A stretch of DNA of 64,000 nucleotides from Patescibacteria group bacterium (GCA_041738615.1 JBGSPL010000003.1:24708-88707), one strand, 5' to 3'; positions 20,082 to 31,044 are shown, counted from the stretch's first letter. Numbers and translations: made by a program. The notes: a model not told the origin generated them from the letters alone.

Positions 20082-20790
20082 TTATCACTCCCGGTTTGTA
20101 GATACTCTCGAGTTTCTTTGAAAAATCGATTGTTGCTTCTGCGTTGGTTTTCCAATTTGTTGGGCAATATGAAACCACTTCAACCAAGGAAAAATTGCCG
20201 GCAAGCTGGGCCTCGATCGCCTTCTTGATATACGACTTTAGTACAGGAATGTTGTTTACTGTCCCGCGAGCGAGAAATGCCCCTTCGCTGGCCACTGGCT
20301 GCAGCAATTCCGGTCCATAGATAGGTTTTGGTTCGGTAAATTTACCGCCTGGTGTGGTGGTAGTTACCTCGCCCGGAAAAGTAGTTGGGCTAGATTGGCC
20401 GCCCGTCATCGCGTATAGGCTGTTATTTACTCCAATAATCGTAACTGCCTCGTTTCGATGTGCCGTGTGAATCAGACCCTGGAGCCCAATCGCGTAGAGA
20501 CCGCCGTCCCCAGCAATTCCGATGGCGACACTTTCCTTTTGCCCTCTTTTGTACCCTGCTAGCATCGGCGTCACTCGGCCATGATGTGACTGGGCTGTGT
20601 CTAGGTCATAGTAATTCCAAGCCAAAAGATTACAGCCAATATCTAGTCCGATTACCGTGCGCGGCGAAATCTCCATTTCGTCTATCACTTCCCCAATGAC
20701 ACGTAGAATAATGCCATACCCACAACCTGGGCAAAAATTACTAGGCTTCGATTCTTGCTTCAGTACCTTTGGCATCCTAGGAGTGTTCAT
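20074..20790 (-). CDS. 2-oxoacid:ferredoxin oxidoreductase beta (TPP-binding) subunit
   Basis: FCPGCG, DIGC, GDG...NN TPP motif, MTGGQ.SPT, CPT. Confidence 0.93.
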   Translation of the reverse strand: MNTPRMPKVLKQESKPSNFCPGCGYGIILRVIGEVIDEMEISPRTVIGLDIGCNLLAWNYYDLDTAQSHHGRVTPMLAGYKRGQKESVAIGIAGDGGLYAIGLQGLIHTAHRNEAVTIIGVNNSLYAMTGGQSSPTTFPGEVTTTTPGGKFTEPKPIYGPELLQPVASEGAFLARGTVNNIPVLKSYIKKAIEAQLAGNFSLVEVVSYCPTNWKTNAEATIDFSKKLESIYKPGVING

Positions 20791-21866
20791 TTCGCCACCT
20801 CCCGAATCTTCTTCTCAATCTCTTCAGCTGTGATTCCCTCGGCGGGTTTATACAAGCGGACGTATTCTGCGTCGGTATTCTGAGCTAGGGTCTCTCGTAT
20901 AATTCGCCCAAAATGCCCAGCACTGCTTTCGGCGATGATGATGTGCTTCGCCCTAGCAACCGCCTTTATCGCGGCTGCGCTATCGAAGGGGCGCATAGTA
21001 ATCGGCCGAAACAGGCCCACCTTGAGCTTGTCCTTCCTGGCTTTGGCCACAGCGACCTTGGCTGCATATCCCACAGATCCCCAGGCGAAAACCACTACCT
21101 CTGCATCCTTTGTCTGATAACTCTCCGATTCGACAATCTCTTTGCTTGCCTCCGAAAACTCTTTGAACATAAAGTTTAGGTGTTCTACAAGCTCCTCTTC
21201 CATCGAGAAGCAATTACGCATGTTCTTGATCGGTCCATTCAGAAAGTAAGGGGTCGATTTTACCTTGGGCAGTTTGGCAGAAACATCTACTGGAGCTTGC
21301 ATCTTAGAAAGGTAGCCATCCCCAAGAACAATTACGGGAAAACGATATTTCCATGCCGTCTCAAATGCTTTGTGCATATAGGTATACATTTCGGCTAACG
21401 TAGAAGGGGCATAAACGATACGCAGACCCTCGCCATTCCCGCCAAACCTAGCGAGTGTAAGTTCCTGCTGCGAGTAGATTACGGTACCTGTAGAAGGGCC
21501 GCCTCGCTGTCCAACATACATCACAAAAGGTAATCTGTAAGACTCCGCAACAGCAAGTGGATCTTGCATCAGCACGTGACCAATACCGGCAGTTGCAGTC
21601 CAGGCCTTCTTCCCTGCAAGAAGAGCACCTATCACAGCGAAGCCAGAGGCAATCTCGTCTTCCATCTGCAAAAACTCAAGCCTGCTGTCATGTGCTGCGG
21701 CATTGGCCCAGCCAGTAAGGACTTCTGTGGTCGGTGTTATGGGGTACCCTGCAAAAAAATCAGCTCCGGCAGCATATGCGCCGCGTAACAATACATCGTT
21801 GCCCGTAAGAAGCTCTTTTTTAGGTTTTACTCCTGATGATATTTTCTTTTCTGTATTATTCGCCAA
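20787..21866 (-). CDS. 2-oxoacid:ferredoxin oxidoreductase alpha subunit
   Basis: GYPITP, QMEDEI, QRGGPSTG. Confidence 0.93.
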   Translation of the reverse strand: MANNTEKKISSGVKPKKELLTGNDVLLRGAYAAGADFFAGYPITPTTEVLTGWANAAAHDSRLEFLQMEDEIASGFAVIGALLAGKKAWTATAGIGHVLMQDPLAVAESYRLPFVMYVGQRGGPSTGTVIYSQQELTLARFGGNGEGLRIVYAPSTLAEMYTYMHKAFETAWKYRFPVIVLGDGYLSKMQAPVDVSAKLPKVKSTPYFLNGPIKNMRNCFSMEEELVEHLNFMFKEFSEASKEIVESESYQTKDAEVVVFAWGSVGYAAKVAVAKARKDKLKVGLFRPITMRPFDSAAAIKAVARAKHIIIAESSAGHFGRIIRETLAQNTDAEYVRLYKPAEGITAEEIEKKIREVAK

Positions 21867-21907
21867 AAATCCCTCCGATAACTACTGTTTTACTGAACTA
21901 TTATACG

Positions 21908-23986
21908 TTACTTGGACTCTGGCTCAAAGATAATCTTCGCGTCCAGGGCCAGGATTCCCTTGTGGTCAGTGTTCACCCTTATCGGATTTATGTCCACCTC
22001 GCGTACGTGTGGAAAGTCCACCATAAGCTGAGAGAGACCCGATATCGCAATCGCCAACGCCTCAACGTCGAATTTTTCTCCATTTCGATAGCCGTGCAAG
22101 ATATCAACATAGCGAATCCCCTGAATCATTTCCTTCGCCCTCTCCACACTAATCGGGGCGAGGCCAAGCTTAAAATCCTTGAATAACTCGATATACACCC
22201 CGCCTAGACCGAACATAATCACTGGACCAAATAGTGGGTCCCTCTTTGCACCAATAGCCACCTCTACTGTCGAACGCACCATGTGGTAAACGGTTACTCC
22301 AAGAATCTTGGCTTTTGGATGGTGTTTTTTAGCATTTTTCAACACTTCCTGATAGGATTTTCTGAGATCTGCCTCGTCCTCGATACCAAGCTTTATTGCC
22401 CCAACCTCTGTCTTGTGTAAAATATCAGGAGATGTCACCTTGAGAACCACCGGATAACCGATTCTGGCGGCTGCCTTGGCTGCGTCGGTAGCGTTAGTAG
22501 TCAGCTTCGAGCTTGCCATAGGAATGCCATAAGCCATAAATATCTTTGCTATATCTGCATCATCAAGCAATTTGTAAGCCTTGATTACACGCCCCGCAAT
22601 GTCTTTTCTTACCTTCGTGTAAGTTTCTATCTTTGGCTTCTTGTAGTAATATTCTGCATATTTTTCAAGCTTGTTTAGGGCTATTACCGCCCTTTCTGGG
22701 TATAGGAATGTACAAATCTTGTGTTCAGAAAGGATCCGCTCTGCCTCCGCAAATTTCGGCCCCCCTATGAGGGCCACAGCTATGTCTTTGTTACTGTTTT
22801 TTACGATCACATGGGCAATCTTCTCTGCATCGGTTGACGACTGCGGAGTCAAGATAACGAGCTTCAGGTCACTGTCATGTTTTCCTTTCATAACCTTGAA
22901 TACCACCTCAAAAGTACGGCTTGTGGCGTCTCCGAGCAGGTCGATTGGATTATGAACTGCCGCACCAAAGGGTAGTACCTTGGAAAGTATATCCCTTTGC
23001 TCAGCGTTTGGCTCAAAAAAGTCCAGATGCTTGGCGTGCGCTATAGAGTCAGAAGTCATCACAGCTGGACCGCCAGCATTTGTAAGTATTAGCAACTTAT
23101 TCCCCTTTGGTAAGCTCATGTCAGCAAATATCGTCGCAAGCTCAAAGAGATCTTCCAGGGTCTCTGCGCGGATAATGCCGGCTTCGGAAAATACAGTCTC
23201 GACGATGTTATCATCGGCTGCCAAAGCTCCTGTATGCGAACTTGCGGCACTGCTACCCTCTGTACTTCGACCAGCCTTTAGGATTATAAGCGGCTTCTTG
23301 CGAGTGATCTTTTTAGCAACTTGGAGAAATCGTTCGGGTTCTGAGATAGACTCCAGATAACCGATGATGACCTCTGTACTCTTGTCGTCCGCTAGAAACT
23401 CCAAAACATCGCACTCATTTATATCCATCTTGTTACCAAGACTAACAAAATGGGAAAACCCAAGGTTATTACCATTTGCCCAATCGAGGATTGCGGTACA
23501 GGTGGCGCCACTCTGGGAGAATACAGCAATGTTCCGCTTGGCAGGCATGTTGGTGGCAAACGAAGCATTTAGCTTAGTGGTAGGATCGATTATACCGAGA
23601 CAATTCGGTCCCAAGACACGGATACCATAGGTTCCCGCTATCTGAGATAGGTCATTCTGTAATTTTACTCCTTCGGGTCCTGATTCAGAGAAGCCTGCCG
23701 AGATGATTATGACACTACCAATATGTTTTTTCCCACACTCTAAAAGAGTCTTTCCTACTATATGGGCAGGGACTACTATTACCGCTAGGTCTATCTTGCC
23801 CTTTATCGCATCCAAATCTGGGTAACATTTTAGCCCCAGCAAATTATCGGTGGTTGGGTTTACAGGATATATCCTTCCCTGATAGCCACCGTCAATCACA
23901 TTTTTTAATACAGAAAAACCAATCTTCTCAGGATGAGAAGACGCGCCAATAATTGCAACTGAACGTGGTAAAAAGAAATCTTTCAA
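21908..23986 (-). CDS. Acetate/acyl-CoA ligase (ADP-forming), fused alpha-beta
   Basis: SVAIIGAS, GPNCLG, SQSG, ASSHTGALA (phospho-His), NPIDLLGDA, ATP-grasp HKTEVG, DINP. Confidence 0.92.
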   Translation of the reverse strand: MKDFFLPRSVAIIGASSHPEKIGFSVLKNVIDGGYQGRIYPVNPTTDNLLGLKCYPDLDAIKGKIDLAVIVVPAHIVGKTLLECGKKHIGSVIIISAGFSESGPEGVKLQNDLSQIAGTYGIRVLGPNCLGIIDPTTKLNASFATNMPAKRNIAVFSQSGATCTAILDWANGNNLGFSHFVSLGNKMDINECDVLEFLADDKSTEVIIGYLESISEPERFLQVAKKITRKKPLIILKAGRSTEGSSAASSHTGALAADDNIVETVFSEAGIIRAETLEDLFELATIFADMSLPKGNKLLILTNAGGPAVMTSDSIAHAKHLDFFEPNAEQRDILSKVLPFGAAVHNPIDLLGDATSRTFEVVFKVMKGKHDSDLKLVILTPQSSTDAEKIAHVIVKNSNKDIAVALIGGPKFAEAERILSEHKICTFLYPERAVIALNKLEKYAEYYYKKPKIETYTKVRKDIAGRVIKAYKLLDDADIAKIFMAYGIPMASSKLTTNATDAAKAAARIGYPVVLKVTSPDILHKTEVGAIKLGIEDEADLRKSYQEVLKNAKKHHPKAKILGVTVYHMVRSTVEVAIGAKRDPLFGPVIMFGLGGVYIELFKDFKLGLAPISVERAKEMIQGIRYVDILHGYRNGEKFDVEALAIAISGLSQLMVDFPHVREVDINPIRVNTDHKGILALDAKIIFEPESK

Positions 23987-24007
23987 AAATGTCCCCTCCG
24001 AGATTGT

Positions 24008-24694
24008 TTAACCGAGACTACCGGATCGGTCTTCTCCGCTAGCTGCTGGCACTGTAGTGGCAGGAGTAGTAATAGCTGGCGTAGCTACAGGCTCTGGCTT
24101 AGTAGCGGCTGGTGTTTCTACAGGAGCACTTGTTGCTGGCGTATCAGATTCCGCGGCTGTCAGCGGACTCGGTGCCTCTGTAAGACCGGCCAGTTTCGCG
24201 TTCAGCTCGTCAAGCACTGCTTGTTGTTTTGCTAGCTTACTAGAATTACTTGAGCTGACGACAAAAAATGTTATCGTCGAAATAATAACCAAGGCGACAA
24301 GCCCAATACCTACTATAACGAGAAGCCCTCGTACGTTCAGTGGCGCGTTCTTCGTGTATGACGAATGAGCTTGAGTCTCAACAGGACTAGGGGTGGCCGG
24401 CGTGAGATCGGCAAAAGGATTATTGTTAGGCGTTTGTTCTGTAGCCTGAGGACTCTCCGCATTTGTGTTTTGAAACACTTCGGGAGCCTCTACTACTGGA
24501 TTTGTAGGGACTGATTCTCCGGTATTTTGTGAGGCTAAGTTAATCTTAACATCGTCTGGTTTATCGAACCCACCGTAAAAATGATCGCTTGCGGTTGCCT
24601 GATCAGCGGGAGCGGAGTCCGGTTGGATACCAGTAGCAGAGCTAAACTCATCTGGCTCGCTAGTATTTGGATTGATTGTATCAACCATCATCAT
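24008..24694 (-). CDS. Hypothetical single-pass membrane protein, Pro/Thr/Ala-rich
   Basis: Acidic disordered N-terminus, TM helix, short coiled coil, PT-rich tail; SD GAGGG. Confidence 0.6.
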   Translation of the reverse strand: MMMVDTINPNTSEPDEFSSATGIQPDSAPADQATASDHFYGGFDKPDDVKINLASQNTGESVPTNPVVEAPEVFQNTNAESPQATEQTPNNNPFADLTPATPSPVETQAHSSYTKNAPLNVRGLLVIVGIGLVALVIISTITFFVVSSSNSSKLAKQQAVLDELNAKLAGLTEAPSPLTAAESDTPATSAPVETPAATKPEPVATPAITTPATTVPAASGEDRSGSLG

Positions 24695-24707
24695 AATTTC
24701 ACCCTCT

Positions 24708-25532
24708 TTAACTAATTGTAAGAGTATTTAACATTTTTAGCAAATCTTCCGAATAGCCACCGGCTTCGGAGAAGATTATTGAGCCGCTACTGCTTGCGAC
24801 CACGACCGTCGTTACCTGAGTGTTTGAGGTTGGAGACGTGAAGGTATACTTCTGAGCTGTACGTCCCGCTACAGTAAGGGACTCTACGGTAACCCCGGCC
24901 ATTGAGGCATAGCTCTTGTTGGTATCTACGGCAGTCTTGGCGGTGGTGTTCACTACCACCGGTGCAATAAAATCACTACCCGCCGGTATGGTTGCCGGCA
25001 AACTCTGATTACTGAAAGCGACTACAGACGTCATCCCAGTGGTTTCGTTCTTACCATAATCCTGAACGTTCCACCCCACCTGGTACTTTATGGTATAGCC
25101 ACTACCAGCAAAGATCTTCCAGTCTTTTGTCGGATCTACTGCAGGCACTGCCGTGGTCGTAAATTGCTTCGATATCCAGCCATCCTTACCTTCAAAGCTA
25201 ACCTTATACCAGCCATCGAGCTCTTGGGTGACAGTTAGCTTGGTTCCGTTTGGTATCAAAGTCAGGCGCTTTGATCCAGCGTCGCGAGACTCCCTTAGGC
25301 TCAGTCCCCCATCTGCATTTACGTAAACTGCCAGCTCCTTGGTTACTGGCTGGTCCCCTGTTGCGACAGCAACCTCGACTTTATTCCCGCTAGCTGGCTT
25401 CATAGCACTGAAACGCACAATGCTAAAAACAAACAAACTTGCGCAAGCCAAAATAACGGCAATTGTCAAAAACTTTTTACGTCGACCGGCCAATGGAGAT
25501 TTCTTGATTCGATAAATATTTTTTGAAAGCAT
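24708..25532 (-). CDS. Membrane-anchored SH3-domain protein with PsbP-like C-terminal domain
   Basis: 'VNADGGLSLR...IPNGTKLTV...GWYKV...GWI'; 'WK.F....YTIKYQVGW' C-terminal domain. Confidence 0.75.
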   Translation of the reverse strand: MLSKNIYRIKKSPLAGRRKKFLTIAVILACASLFVFSIVRFSAMKPASGNKVEVAVATGDQPVTKELAVYVNADGGLSLRESRDAGSKRLTLIPNGTKLTVTQELDGWYKVSFEGKDGWISKQFTTTAVPAVDPTKDWKIFAGSGYTIKYQVGWNVQDYGKNETTGMTSVVAFSNQSLPATIPAGSDFIAPVVVNTTAKTAVDTNKSYASMAGVTVESLTVAGRTAQKYTFTSPTSNTQVTTVVVASSSGSIIFSEAGGYSEDLLKMLNTLTIS

Positions 25533-26005
25533 TAGATAGCGGTAATCCCCTTTATTTTCCAGACGCCCTCGACCTTTACTAGCTCAAAGGTACGTGCTAC
25601 TTGATCGGTCCCAACTACTAAGTTGATGCTCACTGTAGAAGAATCGCTCTCTACGGTTTGCTCCGAGTCACCAACCGTCATGTTCGCAAGATCGCTGCCC
25701 AGCTTGAGGGTATTCTTTATATCCATGCCCTGTACTGAACTATCAAGATAGAGTTTCGCCTTTGCAGTAGCATCGGACTTCACCTCATTAAGAAATGCTA
25801 CCACTAGTTCGGTTGGCGTGAAGTTGTTTGTATCCTTCGCATTAGTAATTTCGTCGACTTTTCTTTGTGTTTCGGCGGTTTTCTCCGCGATTTCCGATGA
25901 CTTGGCGTTGTACGAGCTGCCTTGCAGTAATACAATTGCGGCAACTACTAGAACCAGCATGACAACCATGCTTATGATAACGATAAGTGGCAATTTGTTT
26001 TTCAT
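25532..26005 (-). CDS. Hypothetical membrane-anchored protein (NTF2-like/DUF4878-like)
   Basis: TM helix; 'TPTELVVAFL...AKLYL...FELVKVEGVWKI'. Confidence 0.6.
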   Translation of the reverse strand: MKNKLPLIVIISMVVMLVLVVAAIVLLQGSSYNAKSSEIAEKTAETQRKVDEITNAKDTNNFTPTELVVAFLNEVKSDATAKAKLYLDSSVQGMDIKNTLKLGSDLANMTVGDSEQTVESDSSTVSINLVVGTDQVARTFELVKVEGVWKIKGITAI

Positions 26006-26028
26006 TTTCCCTCTTTTCCTAAATGATA

Positions 26029-27015
26029 CTATGCTTCGGGGAGAACCTTACTATCTATTTTAGCGCTAAGTTCATCAAAAGTCATCAACCCTTCTTGGGC
26101 CCCAAGAAAACGAACCACGCTACCCGAGTTGACCGCGGCGAGTTTCATCGCATATTTAGCCCCGTAGCCCATAATGTGGGCCGCCACAAAGGTCCCTCCG
26201 TAGGCATCTCCTGCGCCCGTCGTCTCTACCACCTCTCCCGCCAATGCTGGCTCATGATACTCCTTATTGCCGTCGGTCAGATAGCTACCGTTTGCACCGT
26301 CTGTGACAATTACGATACCGCCAGTCATTTTTTGAAGTTCACTAAGCAGCTTTTTTTCGTCAGCTTTTGCCAGAGCCTTATCCTTACTAGACGCTAGCTT
26401 TATGGCCTCGTCTCGATTTAGTATCAAAACTGCGGTTTCCTCGAGGTAGCTACTAAGGTCGTCGTATCCTCCTGAGACCTGTTCGCTTCCAGGATTCCAG
26501 GCAACTTTGACGTTATGGGCTCTTGCGAAAGAAAAGAGCTCTGGAATAATGTCAGCGGATTCACCTGTCAACGAAGAAAGGTAGAGCCACTTACTGCGCA
26601 ACGGACGCCAATCATGGACCTTCAGGTTGTTGTTCGCACCGCGATAGAGAAACATTGTATGGTCTTCACCAGGCAGGCCCACAATGATCGACATCGCGGT
26701 GTGATGCTTGTGGTCACGAACTATGTGGTCGGTATTCACTCCAACAGCTGCTAGGTCCTTGATTACCAAACTCCCCGTGCCCTCAGAACCTATGTTCATT
26801 ACGGTCGAAACTCGGAGCCCCATCTTAGCGCACGCCACGGCGATATTAAAGGCCCCTCCCCCATAGGTGAACTTTGATTGCTGGGGGATTATTTTGGAGC
26901 CATACTCAAAGGCAATTAATTTTTGATGACGCCTTAGATCGTTAACAACCATGGCCTCGTCTGTCATAAAGAAAACGTCCCTAGTAGCTCCGCCGACTGT
27001 AATTAAATCAAACAT
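26029..27015 (-). CDS. PfkB family carbohydrate kinase
   Basis: GGGAFNIA, LNRDEA, VTDGANG, ETTGAGDAY. Confidence 0.92.
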   Translation of the reverse strand: MFDLITVGGATRDVFFMTDEAMVVNDLRRHQKLIAFEYGSKIIPQQSKFTYGGGAFNIAVACAKMGLRVSTVMNIGSEGTGSLVIKDLAAVGVNTDHIVRDHKHHTAMSIIVGLPGEDHTMFLYRGANNNLKVHDWRPLRSKWLYLSSLTGESADIIPELFSFARAHNVKVAWNPGSEQVSGGYDDLSSYLEETAVLILNRDEAIKLASSKDKALAKADEKKLLSELQKMTGGIVIVTDGANGSYLTDGNKEYHEPALAGEVVETTGAGDAYGGTFVAAHIMGYGAKYAMKLAAVNSGSVVRFLGAQEGLMTFDELSAKIDSKVLPEA

Positions 27016-27026
27016 AACTCCCTACC

Positions 27027-28544
27027 TTACTTTATCAAAGTTTTACTTGTCATCTCAGGAGGCACCGGCAAGCGCATCAGGGTAAGAATTGTCGGCGCAA
27101 TGTTCGCAAGCCCCGGACTGAGCACACGGGTAGTTTGTAGTTTCTTGTTGCTGACTACCACGAGGGGTACTTGAGAGGTCGTATGGGTGGTACACGGTAG
27201 ACCGTTCGCTTCCGCCATTTTTTCGGCATTGCCATGATCCGCGGTAACCAAGATGTCGTACTCTAGCTCAGAAGCTCGGGCGATCACCTCACCGAGAGCC
27301 TTGTCCACGGTTTCCACTGCTTTGACAGCCGCTTGAAGCTTACCCGTATGACCAACCATATCGGGGTTTGCAAAGTTTACTACAATAAAGTCGTACTTCC
27401 CAAGGTGCCCCAGAAGCTCTTCCTTTACCTTCTCGGCGCTCATTTGGGGCTTCTCGTCGTAGGTAGACACCCTAGGCGAAGGCACCATAGTACGATCTTC
27501 TCCCACTTCTTGGTACTCGTTGCCACCCTCCAAAAAATAAGTTACATGAGCAAACTTTTCCGTCTCCGCAAGATGAAACTGGCTTAATCCGTGTTCTGAA
27601 ACCACGTCCGAGAGCGTCTGCGATAGCTTAGTAAAGGGGAAAGCAATACCTGTAACCGGAAGGGTCTTTTCGTATTCGGTAAGAGTTACGAAGTACAGGT
27701 TTCTAGCAACAACATTTCTTTTAAACGAAGTAAATCTTTCTGCAACGATGGCTCTGGCAAGCTGCCTGGGTCTATCGGATCTGAAATTAAAGAAGATCAC
27801 AACGTCACCAGGTTCGATCTTCCCGTCACCACAAATGACAGTAGGCTTTATAAATTCGTCGCCTATTCCTAGCCTATAGTTATCGTTCACTGCATCACTA
27901 GCGCTATCCGCAAGCTCTCCCTGACCAGCCACTAGCGCTCTATAGGCAAGCTCTGTTCTATCCCATCTATGGTCCCTGTCCATAGCATAGTAACGTCCGC
28001 AGACGGTTGCTATCTTACCGACCCCGATCTTCTTCATCTCATTTTCGAGTAGCTCTACGCTCTTTATCCCGGAGCGAGGGTCGGTATCACGGCCGTCAGT
28101 AAATCCATGAACGTAAACATCATGAACAGCATTATGCTTAGCCATTTCGAGCAGGGCAAAAAGGTGTTTCTCGTGAGCATGAACCCCGCCTGCCCCCAGT
28201 AGCCCTAGTAGGTGAACTTTCTTTTTATTTTCTTTTGCAAAATCTAGGGCTTTTAGCAAAGTATCATTATGGAAAAAGCTGCCACTCTTAATACTTGCGG
28301 ATATTCGCGGCAGATCCTGGAGCTCCACTCGGCCTGATCCAATAGTCAGGTGTCCCACTTCGGAATTCCCCATCTGACCCCCTGGCAAACCCACGGCGGC
28401 TCCCGAGGCATCTAGTGCAAAGTGTAGATTCTGAGACCAAAGAAGGTCGAAATTCGGCGTGCGGGCAACACTAATAGCATTTGTAGGGCCTGCTGGTGCC
28501 AACCCCCAACCATCCATAATAATGAGTAATACCCTCCGCTGCAT
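27027..28544 (-). CDS. gpmI: 2,3-BPG-independent phosphoglycerate mutase
   Basis: IMDGWG, MGNSEVGH, DGRDT, RYYAMDRD, NPDMVGHTG, TADHGN. Likely start ATG 28544. Confidence 0.96.
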   Translation of the reverse strand: MQRRVLLIIMDGWGLAPAGPTNAISVARTPNFDLLWSQNLHFALDASGAAVGLPGGQMGNSEVGHLTIGSGRVELQDLPRISASIKSGSFFHNDTLLKALDFAKENKKKVHLLGLLGAGGVHAHEKHLFALLEMAKHNAVHDVYVHGFTDGRDTDPRSGIKSVELLENEMKKIGVGKIATVCGRYYAMDRDHRWDRTELAYRALVAGQGELADSASDAVNDNYRLGIGDEFIKPTVICGDGKIEPGDVVIFFNFRSDRPRQLARAIVAERFTSFKRNVVARNLYFVTLTEYEKTLPVTGIAFPFTKLSQTLSDVVSEHGLSQFHLAETEKFAHVTYFLEGGNEYQEVGEDRTMVPSPRVSTYDEKPQMSAEKVKEELLGHLGKYDFIVVNFANPDMVGHTGKLQAAVKAVETVDKALGEVIARASELEYDILVTADHGNAEKMAEANGLPCTTHTTSQVPLVVVSNKKLQTTRVLSPGLANIAPTILTLMRLPVPPEMTSKTLIK

Positions 28545-28612
28545 ATAGCCATTATAGCAGAAGAAAGGTTTAAAAAAGAGCCCCTTTGTGGGACTCAAAT
28601 TTTGTGATACGG

Positions 28613-29902
28613 CTAGCTTCTTTGTGCCAATTCCTCTTCTATTTCTACTAAACGATTGTATTTGGCAACTCGCTCACCTCTCGCTGGTGCCCCTGATTTT
28701 ATTTCTCCAGTGCCTGTAGCAACCACGAGGTCAGCAATAAACGTGTCTGTCGTTTCCCCCGAGCGGTGCGAGATCATACATTTGTATTTATTGTCTAGGG
28801 CCAGTCGAATCGCGGCAAAGGTCTCAGTGAGTGTTCCAATCTGGTTGAGCTTGATAAGTACCGCGTTGGCTGCTTTCGCCTTGATTCCCATCGCAATTCT
28901 TTCCGCATTGGTCACAAATAGATCATCGCCTACGAGCTGAACCTTACGGCCAATCTTTTCTGTCAATAATGTCCAACCCTCCCAATCGTCCTCGGCCAGG
29001 CCATCCTCTATCGAAATAATCGGGTAGTTGGTTATGAGCTCACGGTACCACGCTACCATTTGTTGCGCACTTAACCCAATGTTTTCGCTACTCAAAATGT
29101 ACTTTGAATCTTTCTCGGGGTCATAAATCTCGCTTGCAGCAATATCGAGTGCCAGAGAGACATCTTTCCCTGGTTTATAGCCAGCCAATGTAATAGCCTC
29201 AACGAGTAGGTCTAGCGATTTGGTGTTTGACTCTAGATTAGGGGCAAAACCACCTTCATCACCAAGACTTACGGACAGATTTCTGCTCGCAAGTAGCTTC
29301 TTTAACGAATGATAAACCCGACTAGCAACTTCCAGATTCTCAGCTACAGTTTTTCTCAGTGGAACTATCATCGATTCTTGAATATCAACATTGTTATCGG
29401 CGTGTTGCCCACCATTTAGAACGTTGAAATACATCTTTGGCAATACAAAGTCTTTTGCCACAAGAGCCAGCTCTGGCTGCCAGTGACCCTCGTTCTCAAA
29501 CAAATCGTTGAGGTAGCGATAAAGCGGGATCCCCAACCTCTTTGACATTGCCACCGCCGTAGCCGCAGAAACTCCGAGAATGGCGTTCGCGCCTAGACTA
29601 CTCTTGTTGGGTGTGCCGTCAAGTTTCAATAAAGTGTGATCAATCTCTGACTGATTTGCCGCGTCCATCCCGACTAGAGATTCCCTGATGGGACCAACCA
29701 CATTGGCAAGGGCTTTCTCAACCCCCAGGCCGTCGTATTTTTTGGTACCATCCCTGAGCTCAAGCGCTTCATGAACGCCGGTAGAAGCACCGCTCGGTAC
29801 CGAGAACTCCCCACATACGTCACCAAGGTAAACCCTGACTTTTAGTGTTGGGTTACCTCGAGAATCGAGAATTTGAATTGCTGAAATATCGGTTATTTTC
29901 AT
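28613..29902 (-). CDS. eno: Enolase
   Basis: DSRGNPT, PSGASTG, GDEGGFAP, GDDLFVTN, SHRSGET, AKYN. Confidence 0.97.
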   Translation of the reverse strand: MKITDISAIQILDSRGNPTLKVRVYLGDVCGEFSVPSGASTGVHEALELRDGTKKYDGLGVEKALANVVGPIRESLVGMDAANQSEIDHTLLKLDGTPNKSSLGANAILGVSAATAVAMSKRLGIPLYRYLNDLFENEGHWQPELALVAKDFVLPKMYFNVLNGGQHADNNVDIQESMIVPLRKTVAENLEVASRVYHSLKKLLASRNLSVSLGDEGGFAPNLESNTKSLDLLVEAITLAGYKPGKDVSLALDIAASEIYDPEKDSKYILSSENIGLSAQQMVAWYRELITNYPIISIEDGLAEDDWEGWTLLTEKIGRKVQLVGDDLFVTNAERIAMGIKAKAANAVLIKLNQIGTLTETFAAIRLALDNKYKCMISHRSGETTDTFIADLVVATGTGEIKSGAPARGERVAKYNRLVEIEEELAQRS

Positions 29903-29970
29903 ATTGTTTATTATTACTGATTCTCGTCGTTATTACTAGTATCTGTGGCGTCAGTAGCGGTTGTGCCTTC

Positions 29971-31035
29971 CTAGTTTGCCGTGTCAGCGCTACTTTCTTC
30001 GACATTAAACTCGTCGAGAGGGAAAAGGTAATCCGCCAAATTTCCCGAACAGGTTGTACCATTGATGCTCGCCAGTGCTTCTGGGGCGGTGAGCGTACTC
30101 CCCAGCGAGCAAACCATACTCTGCCCTTCTTTCGTCGCATCTTCTGGATTTTTATCCAGGGTAGCCTCGACTTCACAAGAATTCTCTACGATTCCCCTGA
30201 TTTGATAACCAAGATCGATACTTCCTGCGACATCAGAATCAAAGTTGCCACTCCAACTAGCAAGAGTACATTTCGCATAGCTTTCCGCAATACAAGAGTT
30301 TTTCTCGTCCTCTTTACCTTCCGCATTACAGTCAAGCACGGTTTCATCAGTGCCCAAGTCCCCAGCGGCTAAGTCGGCACCTCGGCTCAGTACTTGGTAG
30401 CCCCAAATACCTGCTGCCAATAACACAAGGGTTAGCACCGCGCCACCGACTAATATAATAAGATTCGTTCTTCTGCTTTCGGTCATGGTTGTCTTTGTGC
30501 TCGGCGACTTTGGTGAATTCTCTGCGGGAAGCGGAAGTTCGTACAATGGATCTTGGTAAATCTCTGGATTTTCTGCAAGTGGCTCCCCACCCATCGGTAA
30601 CAGCGAAGCTACAGGCGAGGGAGCCAAGTCGCTCTCCTTTTCTTCTTTCGTAACCTGCTGGACTTCAGCGGTAGTTACAGACGCGGGTGCATCCCCCGAG
30701 AGTATAGCCGGGTCGGATGATTGCGACTCTAGTGCGGGGAAGAAGCCAACGTCTTCTGTTTTATTTTCTACTTGTAGTTCTGTGGCTTCTATCTCGTGCT
30801 CAGGACCTTTGACCTCCGCCTGTTCAGACTCCAACTCCAAATCGGAATCTATCGATTCTAATTGCTCCGAAATGCTGCTTGCTCCAGGTGCCGGAACTAC
30901 TTTTTCACCCCCAAAAGAACCCTGACCCCAATCGCCCTGATTAATCTCTGACTCAGGAATTTCCTTACCACAATCTGAGCAGACGTAACGACCGCTCACT
31001 TGGACTAATTCTGTTTTACAATTTGGACATTGCAA
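29971..31035 (-). CDS. Hypothetical zinc-ribbon / acidic linker / TM / Cys-rich extracellular protein
   Basis: CPNC...CSDC N-terminus, acidic linker, TM helix, six Cys in the C-terminal domain. Confidence 0.6.
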   Translation of the reverse strand: MQCPNCKTELVQVSGRYVCSDCGKEIPESEINQGDWGQGSFGGEKVVPAPGASSISEQLESIDSDLELESEQAEVKGPEHEIEATELQVENKTEDVGFFPALESQSSDPAILSGDAPASVTTAEVQQVTKEEKESDLAPSPVASLLPMGGEPLAENPEIYQDPLYELPLPAENSPKSPSTKTTMTESRRTNLIILVGGAVLTLVLLAAGIWGYQVLSRGADLAAGDLGTDETVLDCNAEGKEDEKNSCIAESYAKCTLASWSGNFDSDVAGSIDLGYQIRGIVENSCEVEATLDKNPEDATKEGQSMVCSLGSTLTAPEALASINGTTCSGNLADYLFPLDEFNVEESSADTAN

Positions 31036-31044
31036 GAGTCGCTC

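Noticed and set aside
111-20790. Alternative genetic code (TGA = Gly, code 25)
   Set aside because: Conserved genes (iscS, rsmI, OFOR subunits) end at TGA overlapping the next start and are full length under code 11.
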